Shown in pieces: positions 13,504 through 26,655 of a DNA stretch of 64,000 bases. The stretch lies in NCBI RefSeq assembly GCF_009914755.1, contig NC_060940.1; one strand, given 5' to 3'. This DNA comes from the human T2T-CHM13v2.0 reference genome, Homo sapiens. A program made the translations under genes and the position numbers. Numbering within the stretch: position 1 is the first letter of the stretch; every line of letters starts with the position of its first letter. Under the pieces are notes generated by a model, which saw nothing but the letters and a program-made list of their open reading frames with translations, was not told the DNA's origin and did not search any database.

Positions 13504-14529
13504 TGAGGAGACAGGTAAGCAGCTACAATTTAGAGTGACCAGTATGGCCGGCAGAAGGTGGTTGTAGGGTTAGCTAAACTAGGGGAAGAAATCAAGAGAG
13601 GCTTCCTAGAGTAGGGGGTGAATGAGATGGCATGGAGGCAGCAGCTTTGGGCAGAAGGATTAGAATATCCTCAGGAAATCTTTAGGAAGAACGGCAGGGA
13701 TGCCTTTCACCCCATGAAATGGAGAGATGGTCCTCCCGTCCCTGTGTGACTTCTGTGCTGGTGTGTCCCAGTGGATGGGGACACTGTAAGGGTGGGATGT
13801 GGACACTGTAGGGGTGGGATGTGGAGAAGGCTCCTGATCATTCTTCCTCGGCTTGCCTGAGGGTCAGGGGGTGGACATGGAGGTTGGACCTCAGGCTCCG
13901 GCCCCTAGTGTCCCTGTTCTGGAAGCCCCCTGCTCTGCTTCTCTGGGTCTGGCTGGAGACCTGCCTTTTGTTGCTGTTACTGTAGGTGGCAGCAGAAGCC
14001 TGACAAAGTCCATCTTTGCAGGGCAGCGAGAGGGGAGAAAATGCAATCAGGTCCAAGGCGCCTCCAGCCTCTGTTATCTCTGCAGTGGTTAGGCTGGGAG
14101 TCGAAGGGGTTAGAACAGGCAGCAACCATATTAACAGAATCCTCTATTGAGTTATAGTCTGTCTGCAGATGTCTGCAGAGTCTGCAGTGCACCAGAGCCT
14201 GCCCCCGAAGGCTGGAACTTTATCAGACCATCTCCCGTCAGTTCCAGACTCTTCCGCGTCTCAGGGGACCCTGAGAAATAGCCAGGGCAGGGAGACCAGA
14301 GCACAGGAGCAATTCTGATTGAGATCTTGAACAATACAGTCCCTAGAAAGATGGACTCCCCCTGCAGAGGAAATTCTGATCTTGCTACAACGATTGCTTG
14401 GATCATTCTATTTAGACGTGTCCAATACACATCTCTCCTAAAATATTTCCTCTTTCTTCCCTGGGGCTTTTCAGATGCCCCATGCAAGTGTGGAAGCTGC
14501 ATTTCAGCTGGGGAAACAGGGCACAGGAG

Positions 14530-14650
14530 AGAAGGGTGCAGGCTCTGGAACCACACCCCCAGGGTGGAGCCGCAGTTCTGCCATTGACTGCTGTGTGACT
14601 TCCGGCAAGAGAATTAACATCTCTGTGCCACAGTGTCCTCCTCTGTGCAG
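14530..14650 (+). mobile_element. MIR fragment
   Basis: ggctctggaacc...ctgtgtgacttccggcaag...ctctgtgccacagt. Confidence 0.6.
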
Positions 14651-14789
14651 TACCCCATGTATCTTTGCACTTATTTTTGTTCTTATAGGAAGATCCAAGA
14701 GGACCTCTGGTATTACGGACAGAGAGTTGTACCCGTGGGAAGTAATTTCACCACTGTCCCCCACTCTTGAATCTCCCTCACCCCTCTTC

Positions 14790-15380
14790 TTTTTGGAATA
14801 GGTTTACTGAGATATAATTCACACACCATATAATTCATCAATTTCAAGTGTACAAGACACTGGTTTCTTTCTTTGTTTTGTTTTTGTTTTTTGAGACGGA
14901 GTCTTGCTCTGTCGCCCAGGCTGGAGTGCAGTGGCGCATGGCGCAATCACGGCTCACTGTAGCCTCTACCTCCTGGGTTCAAGCGATTCTTGTGCCTTGG
15001 CCTCCTGAGTAGCTGGGACTATAGGTGTGAGCCACCACACCAGGCTACTTTTTGTTATTGTAGTAGAGATGAGGTTTCCCCATGTTGGTCAGGTTGGTCT
15101 TGAACTCCTGACCTGAGGTGATCCATCTGCCTCGGCCTCCCAAAGTGCTGGTATTACAAGCATGAGCCACCATACCTGGCCAAGACAATGGTTTTAAGTA
15201 TATTCAAAGTTGTGCAACCATCTCCACCATCACTTTTAGAACATGTTCATCCCCTCCCCAAAGAAACTCTCTACTCTTAAGCTATCAAACCCCTATTGTC
15301 TGGTCCTCCCAGCCCCTGGCAAACACTCATCTACTTTCTATCTCTACAGATTTGCCTGTTGTGGCCATTTCATATAAATA
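14790..15380 (-). mobile_element. L1MB-type 3' end split by Alu
   Basis: gagatataattcacacaccata...gttgtgcaaccatc...cccctggcaaacactcatctacttt...tttcatataaat. Confidence 0.8.
14864..15181 (-). mobile_element. AluS
   Basis: Full dimer; TSD caagacactggttt / caagacaatggttt. Confidence 0.95.
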
Positions 15381-16084
15381 GCCTCCTTTCTTCTTTGCTG
15401 AGGCTCAGCCATGCCCCTCTTCTCATCATGGTGAGGAGAGCTGGCTTACCCTTTGTCTCTGGGGGGCTGGTTTGGGGCCCCTCCAGCCCCTTCCTGGCAT
15501 CTGGAGCAGCATCTCCAGAGGGCGATGGCTGGGGGCGGAGGGAACTTGCCAACCAGCCTCATTGCTCACAGCACAAGCAGCTTGGCTCAGGATTACTCAT
15601 TTCAAACTCGATTTGAGGCTCTGCCAAGAGCAGCAGCACCCCTGGAGCATGTCACCTGATTATTCCTACCCCTTCCCTGATCCCTGAGAGCCCAGAGCAC
15701 AGAGCAGGCCGCCTCCCAGGACCCAACAGCTGCCAACTTTGAGGCAGGGCCTGCCAGGAGCCTGCTGGGCCTCGGACTTGGCTCTGCAACGCTTGCCCAG
15801 CCTGGCCCAGGCTCCTGGATAACAAGGAAACCTGGGGCTTTTGTCTTCAGGCCATTGAGAAGCAGTTTCCTGCAGTAGGGCCAATGGCATTGACCTTTCT
15901 GACCAAGAGCTGAGGCAGTCACTGTCCACACACGCACGATCATAAAAATGCCTCCATTCACAGATAGGCTCTGCTGACGCCCTCCACGCGCCTGGTGGGT
16001 TGGATTGTCTGTTACTTATCATCAAAGGGGAGGGCCCGGTTTGGCTCCCAGCAAGTAAACCAGGCACAAGCACACAAGAGCAGA

Positions 16085-16290
16085 TGTACTGTCTACCATT
16101 TGCTGAGCATTTGCTAGACACCAGACACTGCCATAGGCATTAACTTCCATAATCCTCCCTGCAGCTCTGTGGGGAAGGAACCCTCACCAGCCCCACCTTC
16201 AGAGGAGGATGCGGAGGCTTGGGAAGACCAAGGGAGTAACTGGCCATGAGCGGTGACGTTGGAGCTGGCATGAGGGCTTGCTGACCCCTG
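16085..16290 (-). mobile_element. MIR
   Basis: catttgctgagcatttgct...ccagacactg...cagaggaggatgcggaggct. Confidence 0.6.
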
Positions 16291-16329
16291 TGGAGAAGGA
16301 AGGAGGCCATTCCAGGAAACTTTCAGACT

Positions 16330-16590
16330 AGGCAGATCTGTAGAGACAGACAGTGAATCCCTAGAGACAGTGAATCAGTGGTTGTCCTAGGGGCTGGGGA
16401 CGATGGGTTTGGGAGGTGAGAGCTGAAGGGTGCAGGTTTCTTTGAGGAGTGATGAACGTGTTCTAAAGCTGGTCAAGGCGCTGGTTGCATAGCCCTGTGG
16501 ATATACCAAACACCACTTGAGATGGGCACTTTCAGTGGGGGAATTGTGCAGTGTATGAGTTATAGCTCAGTAAAGCTGTTATTAAAGCAA
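16330..16590 (+). mobile_element. L1MB-type 3' end
   Basis: tagagacaga...gtggttgtcctagggg...gtgatgaacgtgttctaaa...tcagtaaagctgtt. Confidence 0.8.
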
Positions 16591-18459
16591 GCAATGAAAG
16601 CTTGACATTGTAGGCTGCATAAACCTCTTGTATGACCCCTTCTTGCCCCCTTCTCCTCTACTTAAAACCTGGAATTTCCACCTCTGTGCTTAACGCAGGG
16701 GGCGTTGGGATAACCCTGAACTGTAGGTGGCAGAAACCATTGAACCAAAGCCTGCATTTTCCCTGCTTGGTGCCTGTCGTCTTATTCTGCTTCTATTGCT
16801 GCTCCTAGAATCCCAGAGTTTGTTCTATCTCATATTTCAGACTCCAGCTACACATTTTTATAGGGTGGTAGAGAATTGGGGGTGGGTTTAGTGTCTGAGC
16901 AACATTTGCAGCCTGAGATTCCAGGGGTGCCCTATGTGGGTGGGCAGAGAGTCCCACCAGAAGCCCTGTCTCCTGCAGCCCCTCTTACCCCTCACAGTGG
17001 TCTGGTTTTTGGGAGGAGCTTACATGCAACTACATCAGGCACTGTGCTGAATACTGTCTTCCCTGGGTGAGTGCCTGTGTCTTATCACATACAGAGTATG
17101 TCTCTCCTTTCCAGCCTTGAATTGTGTGACAAAAGATACCATCTTACATTGTCCAGGAAGCGGGAGAGGGAAGAGAGACCCATTCTGCCACACTTGTGAA
17201 GTCCATGGCTTTTGGAGGGCTGCTTGGGGATACCCCTGGCAGCTGTCTGGTACCTTCTCCCTAGACCGTGGTTTGCGTGTGTGTCTAGAGGGATGAAGCC
17301 TCACCCTGCCATGACATTTCTACCAGCAAACAGAGCCCACTCTCACCCTTCCATCCCTGCTCAAAATCTCTCTGCTATAGACTTTTTCTCACCCTCCCCT
17401 CCCGCATTGACCCAGATTGTGTGTATATCAGTTAGGGAAGGAGGGAAGATGATGCCTGGATTTCAGGGTATCTCTCAGAGTCCTAGACTCTGAAACCTCA
17501 CCAGAAATGAGGAGCCCTTCCCTTGCCTTTGAGCCCACACTGCCTCACACACCTCCTCCTGCTGGTCTGCCAAGCTTGCTTTGAAATCATTAATGTGCCT
17601 GTCTTCACAGTGTTCCGGGAACTTTCTGAAGGCAGGGTTCCCAGTGTCCTCCCACCTCTCCTACACCAGTACTGAGCACTGTGCCTGCACCAGCAACTTG
17701 CTCCAGCCACATTTGCGAGAATAGGATGCTTGGCAGCCTGCAGGCACAGAGACGTAAGTCGCGGATAGCTCCTCACAGGTCGTCCTCTGTCCTTTCTCTC
17801 CCTCTCTGTCCTTCTCTGACTCCGTGGACTCTAAACCCCAATCCTTTCTTGGTCTAGTCCCAGCCTTCCAAGTTCAGGTACGTGAACCCAGACCAGAGAA
17901 AAACAAACAAATTAGGAATGTCCCCAGTGCAAAATGAATATAAATAAGTACACAAAGGCTTCTGCTCACCCTGCAGCTGCCCACACACTGCTCTGGAGGT
18001 GCAGCCAGCCTAGCTCAGCTCCATGGAAGTTAATAATAAATTAAACCTATTAATCACCCCAGGCAGTGGGGCTGGCCTGATCACAGAGAAGGTGGGCTAT
18101 AGACTGGAGATGACGCCACAGAGAAGGGAGTGAGGTGTGGGTTACGGCTTCCCCAGGGACATCTTGATCTCCAAGACCCCTTCTTTCTTGAAATGTTGAA
18201 AGTTTTACCAGTCTGCTCTGTTGGGTACGACCACTGGGTAATTCAGGAGCTTCCACCTTGGGAGTGGGGTCTAAACTCTTCTCCAGCTATAGATCCTTTT
18301 AGCATTTTGATACCCTCCATTTGCATTTCCCCCTCCACCCACTCCAATCTGGAGTCCCCCCTACTAGTCTTTCTTCAAGTCTTGACTCAAAAGCCCCGTC
18401 TCAGAGACCACCAGATCTCAAAGCCTATTCTGTTCTCTACCTTTTTGTTTTCTTCATAA

Positions 18460-18700
18460 TGGACCCCTGGAGCTTGGCTGCCTGGGTTCAGATCCAGGCT
18501 CTGCTGTTGGTTGTGTGCAGGCTCTCTGTGCCTCAATTTCCCTGCCTGTAAAGTGAGGTTGATAAGTAGCTACTTGGGTTGTGGTCAGGATGAAGAAAAC
18601 AAATTCGGGTGTGTGAATTAGAATGATGCCTGGCACCGAATAAGCAACACCAACCACTGCGGCCACCATGACTGTCATCACTGCTGTTGCTATTATTATA
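18460..18700 (+). mobile_element. MIR
   Basis: ctgcctgggttcagatcc...ctctgtgcctcaatttccctgcctgtaaa...tgcctggcac. Confidence 0.8.
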
Positions 18701-18739
18701 CCATTTGCCATGATTGGAGATGGTTTCCTTTATTTGTTG

Positions 18740-18880
18740 CTGTTGATTTTCTCTCACTGCTCCCCAAGCAGAATGCAAGCTCCATGCGAGGAGGGATTGT
18801 CTTGGCTTTGTTCCCCCCAGTTTCTCCATCAGTGGGTGGCACACATAGGTGTTCAGAAAACATGTGGTGCATGAATGGGG
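18740..18880 (+). mobile_element. L2 3' end
   Basis: agaatgcaagctccatgcgagg...tggcacacataggtgttcag...atgaatg. Confidence 0.75.
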
Positions 18881-18975
18881 GTTGGCGTGGGAATGGGAGA
18901 GAGCAGGCAGCTTCCCAGTGGGCTGGAATTGGCAGAGAGCCACGTACTCTGTTTTCTGGGTCTGAAGACAGCATC

Positions 18976-19431
18976 TGTTGTGGGTTGAATTGTGTCCCCC
19001 ACCACAAGATATGTTGAAGTCCTAACCCTTCATGCCTGTGAATGTGACCTTATTTGGAAATAGGGTCTTTGCAGTATAATCCAGTTAAGATGAGGTCATA
19101 CTGGAGTGGGGTGGGTCTTAATCCAGTGACTGGTGTCCTTATAAAAAGATGAACTTTGGAAACAGACACACACAGAGGAAAAAGGCCATGTGAAGACAGA
19201 GGCAGAGGTGGGAGAGGTGCAGCCACAAGCCAATGAACCCCAAGGATCGCTGGAACCACCAGAAGCTGGGAAGACGCAAGGAGGGTCTCTTCCTAGAGCC
19301 TTCAGAGGGAGTGTGGCCCTGCTGACACCTCCATCTTAGAGTTCTGCCCTCCAGCATGAGAATGCTTATGTGTTGTTTTAGGCCATCTGGTTTGGGGTGA
19401 TTTGTTATGGCAGCCCTGGGAAGCTCACATG
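18976..19431 (+). mobile_element. MLT1C-like MaLR LTR
   Basis: tgttgtgggttgaattgtgtcccc...gaatgtgaccttatttggaaataggg...ttgttatggcagccc; TSD gcatc/gcatt. Confidence 0.85.
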
Positions 19432-19518
19432 GCATTGACCCATGAGCAAGGTGTCCCATCAGGAGTGGGGAAAAATGTAGAAGGGAAACCCCCATGGACA
19501 GTCCCCGGCCCCTCTGAC

Positions 19519-20232
19519 ATGCTAGTTTTCTATTGCTATGGAACAATAGTATGCAAACTTGGCAGCCTAATACAACATAGTAAAGTTTCTGTGTGCTGGG
19601 GGTCTGGACGTGGTTTAGCTGCATCATCTGCTTCTGAGTCTCACAGACTGCAATGCAGGCATTGGCCAGGGCGAGGGTCTCATCTGAGGCTCGTCTGGGT
19701 GGATGCAGTCCTTTGTGTCTGTAAGTCTGAGATCCACTGACATTGCTCAGGGGCCACCCTCAGCTCCTTGCCAACTACCTGCATCTCCCCACTCCAATGC
19801 GGCCACTTGTTGCATCCCAGCTAGCAGCAAGGGTGAGAGAGAGACAGAGTCTCCTAGCAAGGTAGATGCTGCAGCCTTCCTGTGGGCATGAATAGAACAT
19901 GTGGCTGTGTTCTATTCATTAAAAACAAAGTACAGGTCCTGCCCACTCCCGAGGTCGGGTGGGAGATTGCACAGAGTGATTGCACAGAGTGCCACACCCA
20001 AGATGGTGGCGGGGACTGCACAGAGCAGTTGCACAGAGTGCCACACCCAAGATGTTGGGGGTGGGGGGACTGCACAGAGCGATTGTACAGAGTGCCACAC
20101 CCAAGATGGTGGGGAGGACTGCACAGAGCGATTGCACAGAGTGCCATACCCAAGGTGGGGCGGGGGAGATTGCACAGACTGTGACCACCAGAAGGTGGGG
20201 ATCACAGGGCCAGCTCACAGTATGTCCCTGCA
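19519..20232 (-). mobile_element. MLT1F/G-like MaLR LTR containing a VNTR
   Basis: tagttttctattgct...aaacttggcagcctaatacaac...tacaggtcctgcccac...gtgaccaccagaaggtggggatca. Confidence 0.7.
19943..20180. repeat. Minisatellite, ~49-54-bp unit, ~4.7 copies
   Basis: Unit gccacacccaagatggtggcggggactgcacagagcagttgcacagagt with variable G-runs. Confidence 0.92.
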
Positions 20233-20929
20233 GTCAGGTTGGCAGAAGTCGAGAGCTGACATTGCCTCTGGAATGTGGTGGGACTGTATTCCTCATGGTC
20301 AAGTGGACCCGGAGGCTGTTCCTACGGCAACCACCCACCTGGGGGTTCTGCCGCGTCTCTCCAGCATAGGAACCCTCTACGTCTTTGCCCACTCATCTCA
20401 AGCAGTGGATGTACTTAAACTCCAGGGTCCTATTGTTAACTGGACTTCCTTGCCTCTCACTTACACCCTTACTCAGTCATGTTGGACACTAGCTGTGTCT
20501 CAGGTGCTGGAAATATAACGTGGAGTGAAAACTGGGTCTCAGAGGCACAGTGTGAGATGTAGACATGAAATAGCCGCACACTTCCTGACATGCGATCCCC
20601 CACTGGGATTTGTACTTTGATGCCCACATGCAGGGTGGTGCAAGAGCAGGAAGTGTTGGGATATGACTGAGCCCTGGGGAATGAGGAGAGATGAATTGGC
20701 AATGATGGAAGAAGGGCAAATCCATGCAGGTGAAATCACAGACAGGGGATGTCCCACAGCTGGCCGGAACCATGGTACTCCCTGTGAATGAGGAGAAGCG
20801 GGTGATCTCCCTCCACCACCGACATCTCTTTCACCCATGAACTGTAAATTTCCCAAGGACAGGGGCCTCAGCCATTTCTGTTCACAATTGTGTCTCCAAT
20901 GACAAGCACTGTGGCTGGCTTGTAGTTGG

Positions 20930-21350
20930 CAAAGTGAGCAAAGAGAGAAAGGGGAGTGTGGAATGAGATGAAGTGGCTGGCGGCCCAGAGGGTGTAGGTG
21001 TTGTTAGAGTCTTTGTCTCTTATTCACAGAGCAGTGAGGGGCCCTTGCAAATTCTCCTCATTTTCCAGGGAAGGCATTTCCAGTATCACCACACAGACAG
21101 TGGATTGGAGCGGCAAGAGCGGGTGCCAGGAGAGCTGATGGAGGAGGGAGAGCTTTCGGGGCTTGGGCCAGGCGTGGACGTTAAGGCCAAGATGGGCGCA
21201 TACACAGGGGAGTGGATGGACCCAGGAGGTACTCTTGGAGGCAAAGTTGACAGGGCTTAGTGATGGGTATATAAGTAAGGGAGTGCGGGGTGTCCCAGAT
21301 GGTGCCCAAGAACCTTGGCGCAGACGAGTGGAGGATCCCTTGAAGAGAGT
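20930..21350 (-). mobile_element. L2 fragment
   Basis: gagatgaagtgg...agcagtgaggggcc...ttggaggcaaagttgacagggcttagtgatgg. Confidence 0.55.
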
Positions 21351-21389
21351 TTGCTTGTCCTTGAATGCCTTTGGTTTTAGCAGGTGGTC

Positions 21390-22165
21390 ATGTGATGTCA
21401 GGGCACAAGTTCTGGGCTTGGAGCCAGAGTGCCTGTGTGCAGAGCTCAGCCACGCCCTACCCCTGGGCGCGTCAGTTCTGATGCTCCTTTGCCTCCTTTG
21501 GAGAATGGGCCCACAGCGTCGAGCACAGGGCTTGTCTCAGAATGGATGCAGGCTGAACCTACGAGCTGTGTAACTGGGGCTGGTTATTTAACCTCTCTGT
21601 GCCTCAGTTTCCTCATGGCTAAAATGGGGTCTATTCTGCTATAGCAGAGGAAGAAACATCCCAGACCTCAGTGGCTTCAGCAGCCGTCACTTATTGTCAC
21701 AGGTGCAGCTGTGAGTTGCGTGAGGTTCAGCAGATCTTGCCTGGGGTTGGCTGGGGCCGCTCTCCCTCTGACTGTAGGTCAGGGGGTCTGCCTGGTGTCT
21801 CTGCTTCTTGTGTCTCTCATCCATTTGGAACTGGGAGATAGGCAGGGCCTATGGATCTCGTGGAGTTGGCACTGGTGGAGCAGAAACATGGCCTCTCAAA
21901 GCCAAGTCCTGAAACCAGCATGTCATCACTCCCACCAAGTTTTATTGGCCAAAGCAAGTCGCGTGGCTGAGTCCAGGCTCACCGGGCAGGGAAGAGCACC
22001 CTTCCTGGAATGATGCCAGGGTGAAGCTTAGGGCTTAGGGGGAGATGAAAAATGGGGGCTAGCAATTCAATCTGCAAGGTAGGTTAATAGCAGGGTTTTC
22101 CTTGTAGGTGGCCTGTGAGCTACTGCATTTAAAGCTCTTGGAACCAAGCTTGGTACCTAGTAAAA
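21390..22165. mobile_element. MIR fragments flanking an antisense MLT1J/K-like LTR (~21630-22075)
   Basis: ttatttaacctctctgtgcctcagtttcctcat (MIR); cccagacctcagtggctt...ttattggccaaagcaagtcgcgtggc (MLT1). Confidence 0.6.
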
Positions 22166-22167
22166 CT

Positions 22168-22358
22168 CAGGTGTATCAGCCTCAGAACTATTGACACCTT
22201 GGGCCACATAATTCAGTGTGGCGGGGCTGTTCTGAGTACTGCAGGATGCTGAGCAGCCTCCCAGGCCTCCACCCATTAGATGCCATCTGACTCTCTTTGT
22301 CCTGACAACCAGAAGCGTCTCTAGCTATGGCCACGTATCCCCAGGTTGAGAACTACTG
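22168..22358. mobile_element. MER20
   Basis: ctcagaactattgacaccttgggcc...ctgcaggatgctgagcagcctcccaggcctccacccattagatgcca...gttgagaactactg. Confidence 0.85.
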
Positions 22359-22899
22359 CTGTAAAGGGTTAGTAGTTATTATTATCTGAATCACCTGTGC
22401 CTTGTATAATCCACATGACTATTATTTTTCCTTTACTGTTTTACTTACGTCATTGCTGAAAATGAGGAGGTCCTTTGGAAGGAAGGAGAGTCACAGCATG
22501 ATGCAATTGGCCGTGAAAAAAAACAGTGTGGTTTGTTTTGCCAGATTGTCTTCAAAGGAATTAGAAAGTTACAAAGAACTCAGCCTAAGCCCTGGCCCCT
22601 GAAGAGTTCTGTGCAAGAACAGACTAGTGATTCTTGCCCCAAGAAGCAGCAGTGGCAGCATTTTAAACAATGGCTTGGCTGGCGGAACTGAGATGCTTGA
22701 CGTGACTTCAGAGATCTGGTTTGAGGTCTTTTCAAAAGCTAAGAGGAATGTGCAAAGCTAAGAGGAGCTGAGGTTACTGGTCTTTGGGCTCTGTTTTCTC
22801 TGCAGGGATGGTGGTGGGGGGTGCCTTTATTTTTCCTTGCCATATAAAAGGCTCTCTTTTTTCATTTTGTCCTTTGTCGATAAGTCAAGACTAGTCAGA

Positions 22900-23215
22900 T
22901 AATAGCTATTGTTTATTCAACACCAAACATGGTGAAGAACAACACTAATCACTTTACCAGCATCATCTGTTACTTCCCTCCTTCCCCTTCTTTCTCCCTC
23001 CTCCTAGATGCCACTCAGCTCTGTGCCTCTTTCCCCTCAATATGATAATCAATAACTTTTTGAGTAGGTTCCAGTTTATCCCCATTTTATAGAAGAAGAA
23101 TCAGAGAGTTAAAGCAACTAGCCCAGAGTTGCACACCTAGTGAGTGATGAAACCAGGATTTGAACCCATGTTGGCCTGATTCCAGCATTGAACCTCCTAT
23201 TCACCATGTGATGCT
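22900..23215 (-). mobile_element. MIR
   Basis: atccccattttatagaagaagaa...gcaactagcccagagttgcaca...ggatttgaaccca. Confidence 0.75.
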
Positions 23216-23789
23216 TTATCAAGGTGAATGTAACTATGTCCCCAAAGTTCTCAGAATTGCAGAGTAGGGGAGACCAGAAGGGTGACTGAGTTGTCACTCC
23301 CCAGCAGAGTTGAGTACATCCTGCATGAAGTGTATAAAGTACCAGATATTAAAGCTTATGAGTCTATTAATCCACAGCTTCAGAGGAATTAAAGTTTCAT
23401 ATTGATGATAAACCTTCCCTGATAAAATGTAAGGGAAGCAGAAATAAATCTCTGATTTCAAAGGACCCCAAACCACTTAAACAATTGCATGCAAGATGGA
23501 TGCACACGGTGGCAATGGGGTGATATGTCTTGTCCGGAGGAGGGTACTTTGGCAAAGTGGTTTTTGCTTCTGCTAAGTGGTGGAGATAAAATGATGGATG
23601 TGGGCTATTGATTGCATGGGAGTTTGCACGAGGGTGAGCACAGCTGGGTGAGAGGCACACAGTGCAGCTGAAACTGCTGAATATGCATTTAGGAGGAGAA
23701 GAGACAAAAGGCACTGGAGGTGGCCAATTTCATCAAATAGCGGAAGACCAGCCTTCTCCATAGATTTACTGCCCAAATGTATTGCAATC

Positions 23790-23890
23790 AATTTCCCTCC
23801 CTCCCTCCTTTCTTCTTTCCTTCCTTCCTCTCTTCTTCTTCCTCCTACTCCTCTCTCTTTCTCTCTCTCTGTCTCTCTCTCTTCTTTCAT
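23790..23890. repeat. CT-rich low-complexity tract
   Basis: ccctccctcc...ctctctctct. Confidence 0.8.
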
Positions 23891-24049
23891 TATGTGGATA
23901 AGTGTGTGTGTGGAGGTGAGCTATAGGGTGTTGGTTTAAACACAATCATCACAATCATGGATTAGAATCCCAGCTTTGTCATTTATGAGCTCTGTGACCT
24001 AGGGCAATTTACTTAATCTCTGGACCTTAGTTGTTGTTGTTGTTATAGT

Positions 24050-25200
<1,151 letters not shown>

Positions 25201-25259
25201 TCATCTGGGCCCTAGTTTTTTTTGATGGATTTATTTTTATAAGGAATAAATGTGATCAT

Positions 25260-25425
25260 CAGGGCTAGAAATAATGTGACATAAGTGAGTGGTGCAAAAT
25301 TTAAGGGGGTGCCAAAAATCAGTAATTGAGGTAAATAATACATTAATTCAATATTTTAAGAAGATAGAATGAATGAAATGAATTTCATGATGAATAAAAT
25401 ACCAACATGTTAAGGCAGGCTTTGT
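25260..25425 (+). mobile_element. MER96B-like hAT-Tip100 fragment
   Basis: ggtgcaaaatttaagggggtgccaaaaatcagtaat...catgatgaataaaata. Confidence 0.6.
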
Positions 25426-25510
25426 CATGTATATAAATTATTTACCCAGATACCTGGTGTTTAGTATGTATTTAATGGACTGAAGCTATCAATTCATATG
25501 GATATGCTAG

Positions 25511-26032
25511 TATATTAGTGACTTCTTGTCTAATCACGTTAGGTAATAAACTACCCCAAAACTTTATGGTTCCAAGCAGCAAGCATCAGATTATCTTACA
25601 AGTTTATGAGTCAGCTGGCAATCCTGCTGGCTTGACTAGCCCTCTCGTATGTCTGAGGGTCTACTGTTGGCTGACCGTGGATGGGTTCAGCTAGAATGGC
25701 CAGGGCAGTGTGGCTCTGTCGCCATGTCTCTCATCCTTGTCCTGGGACAGACAGGCTCGTCTGGGCATGTGTTTCTCATGATGGTGGCAGAAGAGTGAGA
25801 AAGGAAGTAGCAAGGTGTAAAGTTTGGAGGTCTTGGCTCAGAATGGTGAGTTTTCCTTTCTGCTGCCTTCTCCTGGACAAACCTCATCATAAGGCCAGCC
25901 CAGATTTAAGGGGAAGGGGCAGTAAGACCTGCCTCTTTAGTGAGAGGAGCCATGAGTGACAGGGCAGAAGGCATAGTGTGGGTACACGAAGGAACAGAGA
26001 GTTGGGGCCATTCACACTGTCAGCCTGCCACA
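25511..26032 (-). mobile_element. MLT1H-like LTR
   Basis: taaactaccccaaaactt...gggcatgtgtttctcatg...aaggccagcccagatttaagggg...ctgccaca. Confidence 0.7.
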
Positions 26033-26139
26033 GTCAGGCACTGTTTTAGGTGCTGAGAATATATCAGCAAACAAAACGGACGCACATCTCTGCCCATAGG
26101 AAGCTCACATTGAAATGACAATGATGTCCACAGCAAAAG

Positions 26140-26235
26140 ATGAAGAAAGAGGAGGAGGAGCAGGAGGAGGAGGAGGGAAGGAGGAAGGGGAAGAGGGGGA
26201 ATCAGAAGAGGGAGAGAGGGAGGAGAAAAAAGAGA
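26140..26235. repeat. GA-rich/(GGA)n tract
   Basis: gaggaggaggagcaggaggaggag... Confidence 0.8.
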
Positions 26236-26261
26236 TAACATAGTTCTGCCTTCCAGGAAGC

Positions 26262-26655
26262 ATTTTCATTCATTTTGTATTACTATAAAGGAATACCTGA
26301 TTCTGGGTAATTTATAAAGAAAAGAGGTTTATTTGGCTCATGGTTCTGCAGGTTGGAAAGAAGCATGGCGCCAGTGTCTGCTTTTGGTCAGGACCTCAGG
26401 GAGCTTTTACTCATGGTGGAAGGTGAAGGGGAAGCAGGAATGTTACATGGTGTCAGAGGGAGGAGCAAGGTCCCAGACTCTTTAACAACCAACTCTCTAA
26501 TGAATTTACAGAACAAGAACTCATTTATTACAGCAGAGAGGGCAACAAGTCATCCATGAGGACTCGGCCCCCATGACCCAAACACCTCCCACTTCAATAC
26601 CGGGGATTACATTTCAACATGTTATTTCGAGAGGACAAACATCCAGATTGTATCA
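26262..26655 (-). mobile_element. MSTB-like LTR
   Basis: ctataaaggaatacctga...tttataaagaaaagaggtttatttggctcatggttctgcagg...gaggacaaacatccagattgtatca. Confidence 0.85.

Noticed and set aside
19943-20180. Repeat-spacer pattern reminiscent of a CRISPR array (also 27663-27840)
   Set aside because: The 'spacers' are variants of one another, there are no cas genes, and the context is eukaryotic: ordinary minisatellites.
19882-20518. ORFs with repeated CTECH (CxxCH) motifs resembling a multiheme cytochrome c
   Set aside because: The motif is the translation of tgcacagagtgccac in the VNTR unit and appears in all three forward frames as unit length shifts. It lies inside an MLT1 LTR in primate DNA, with no gene structure.
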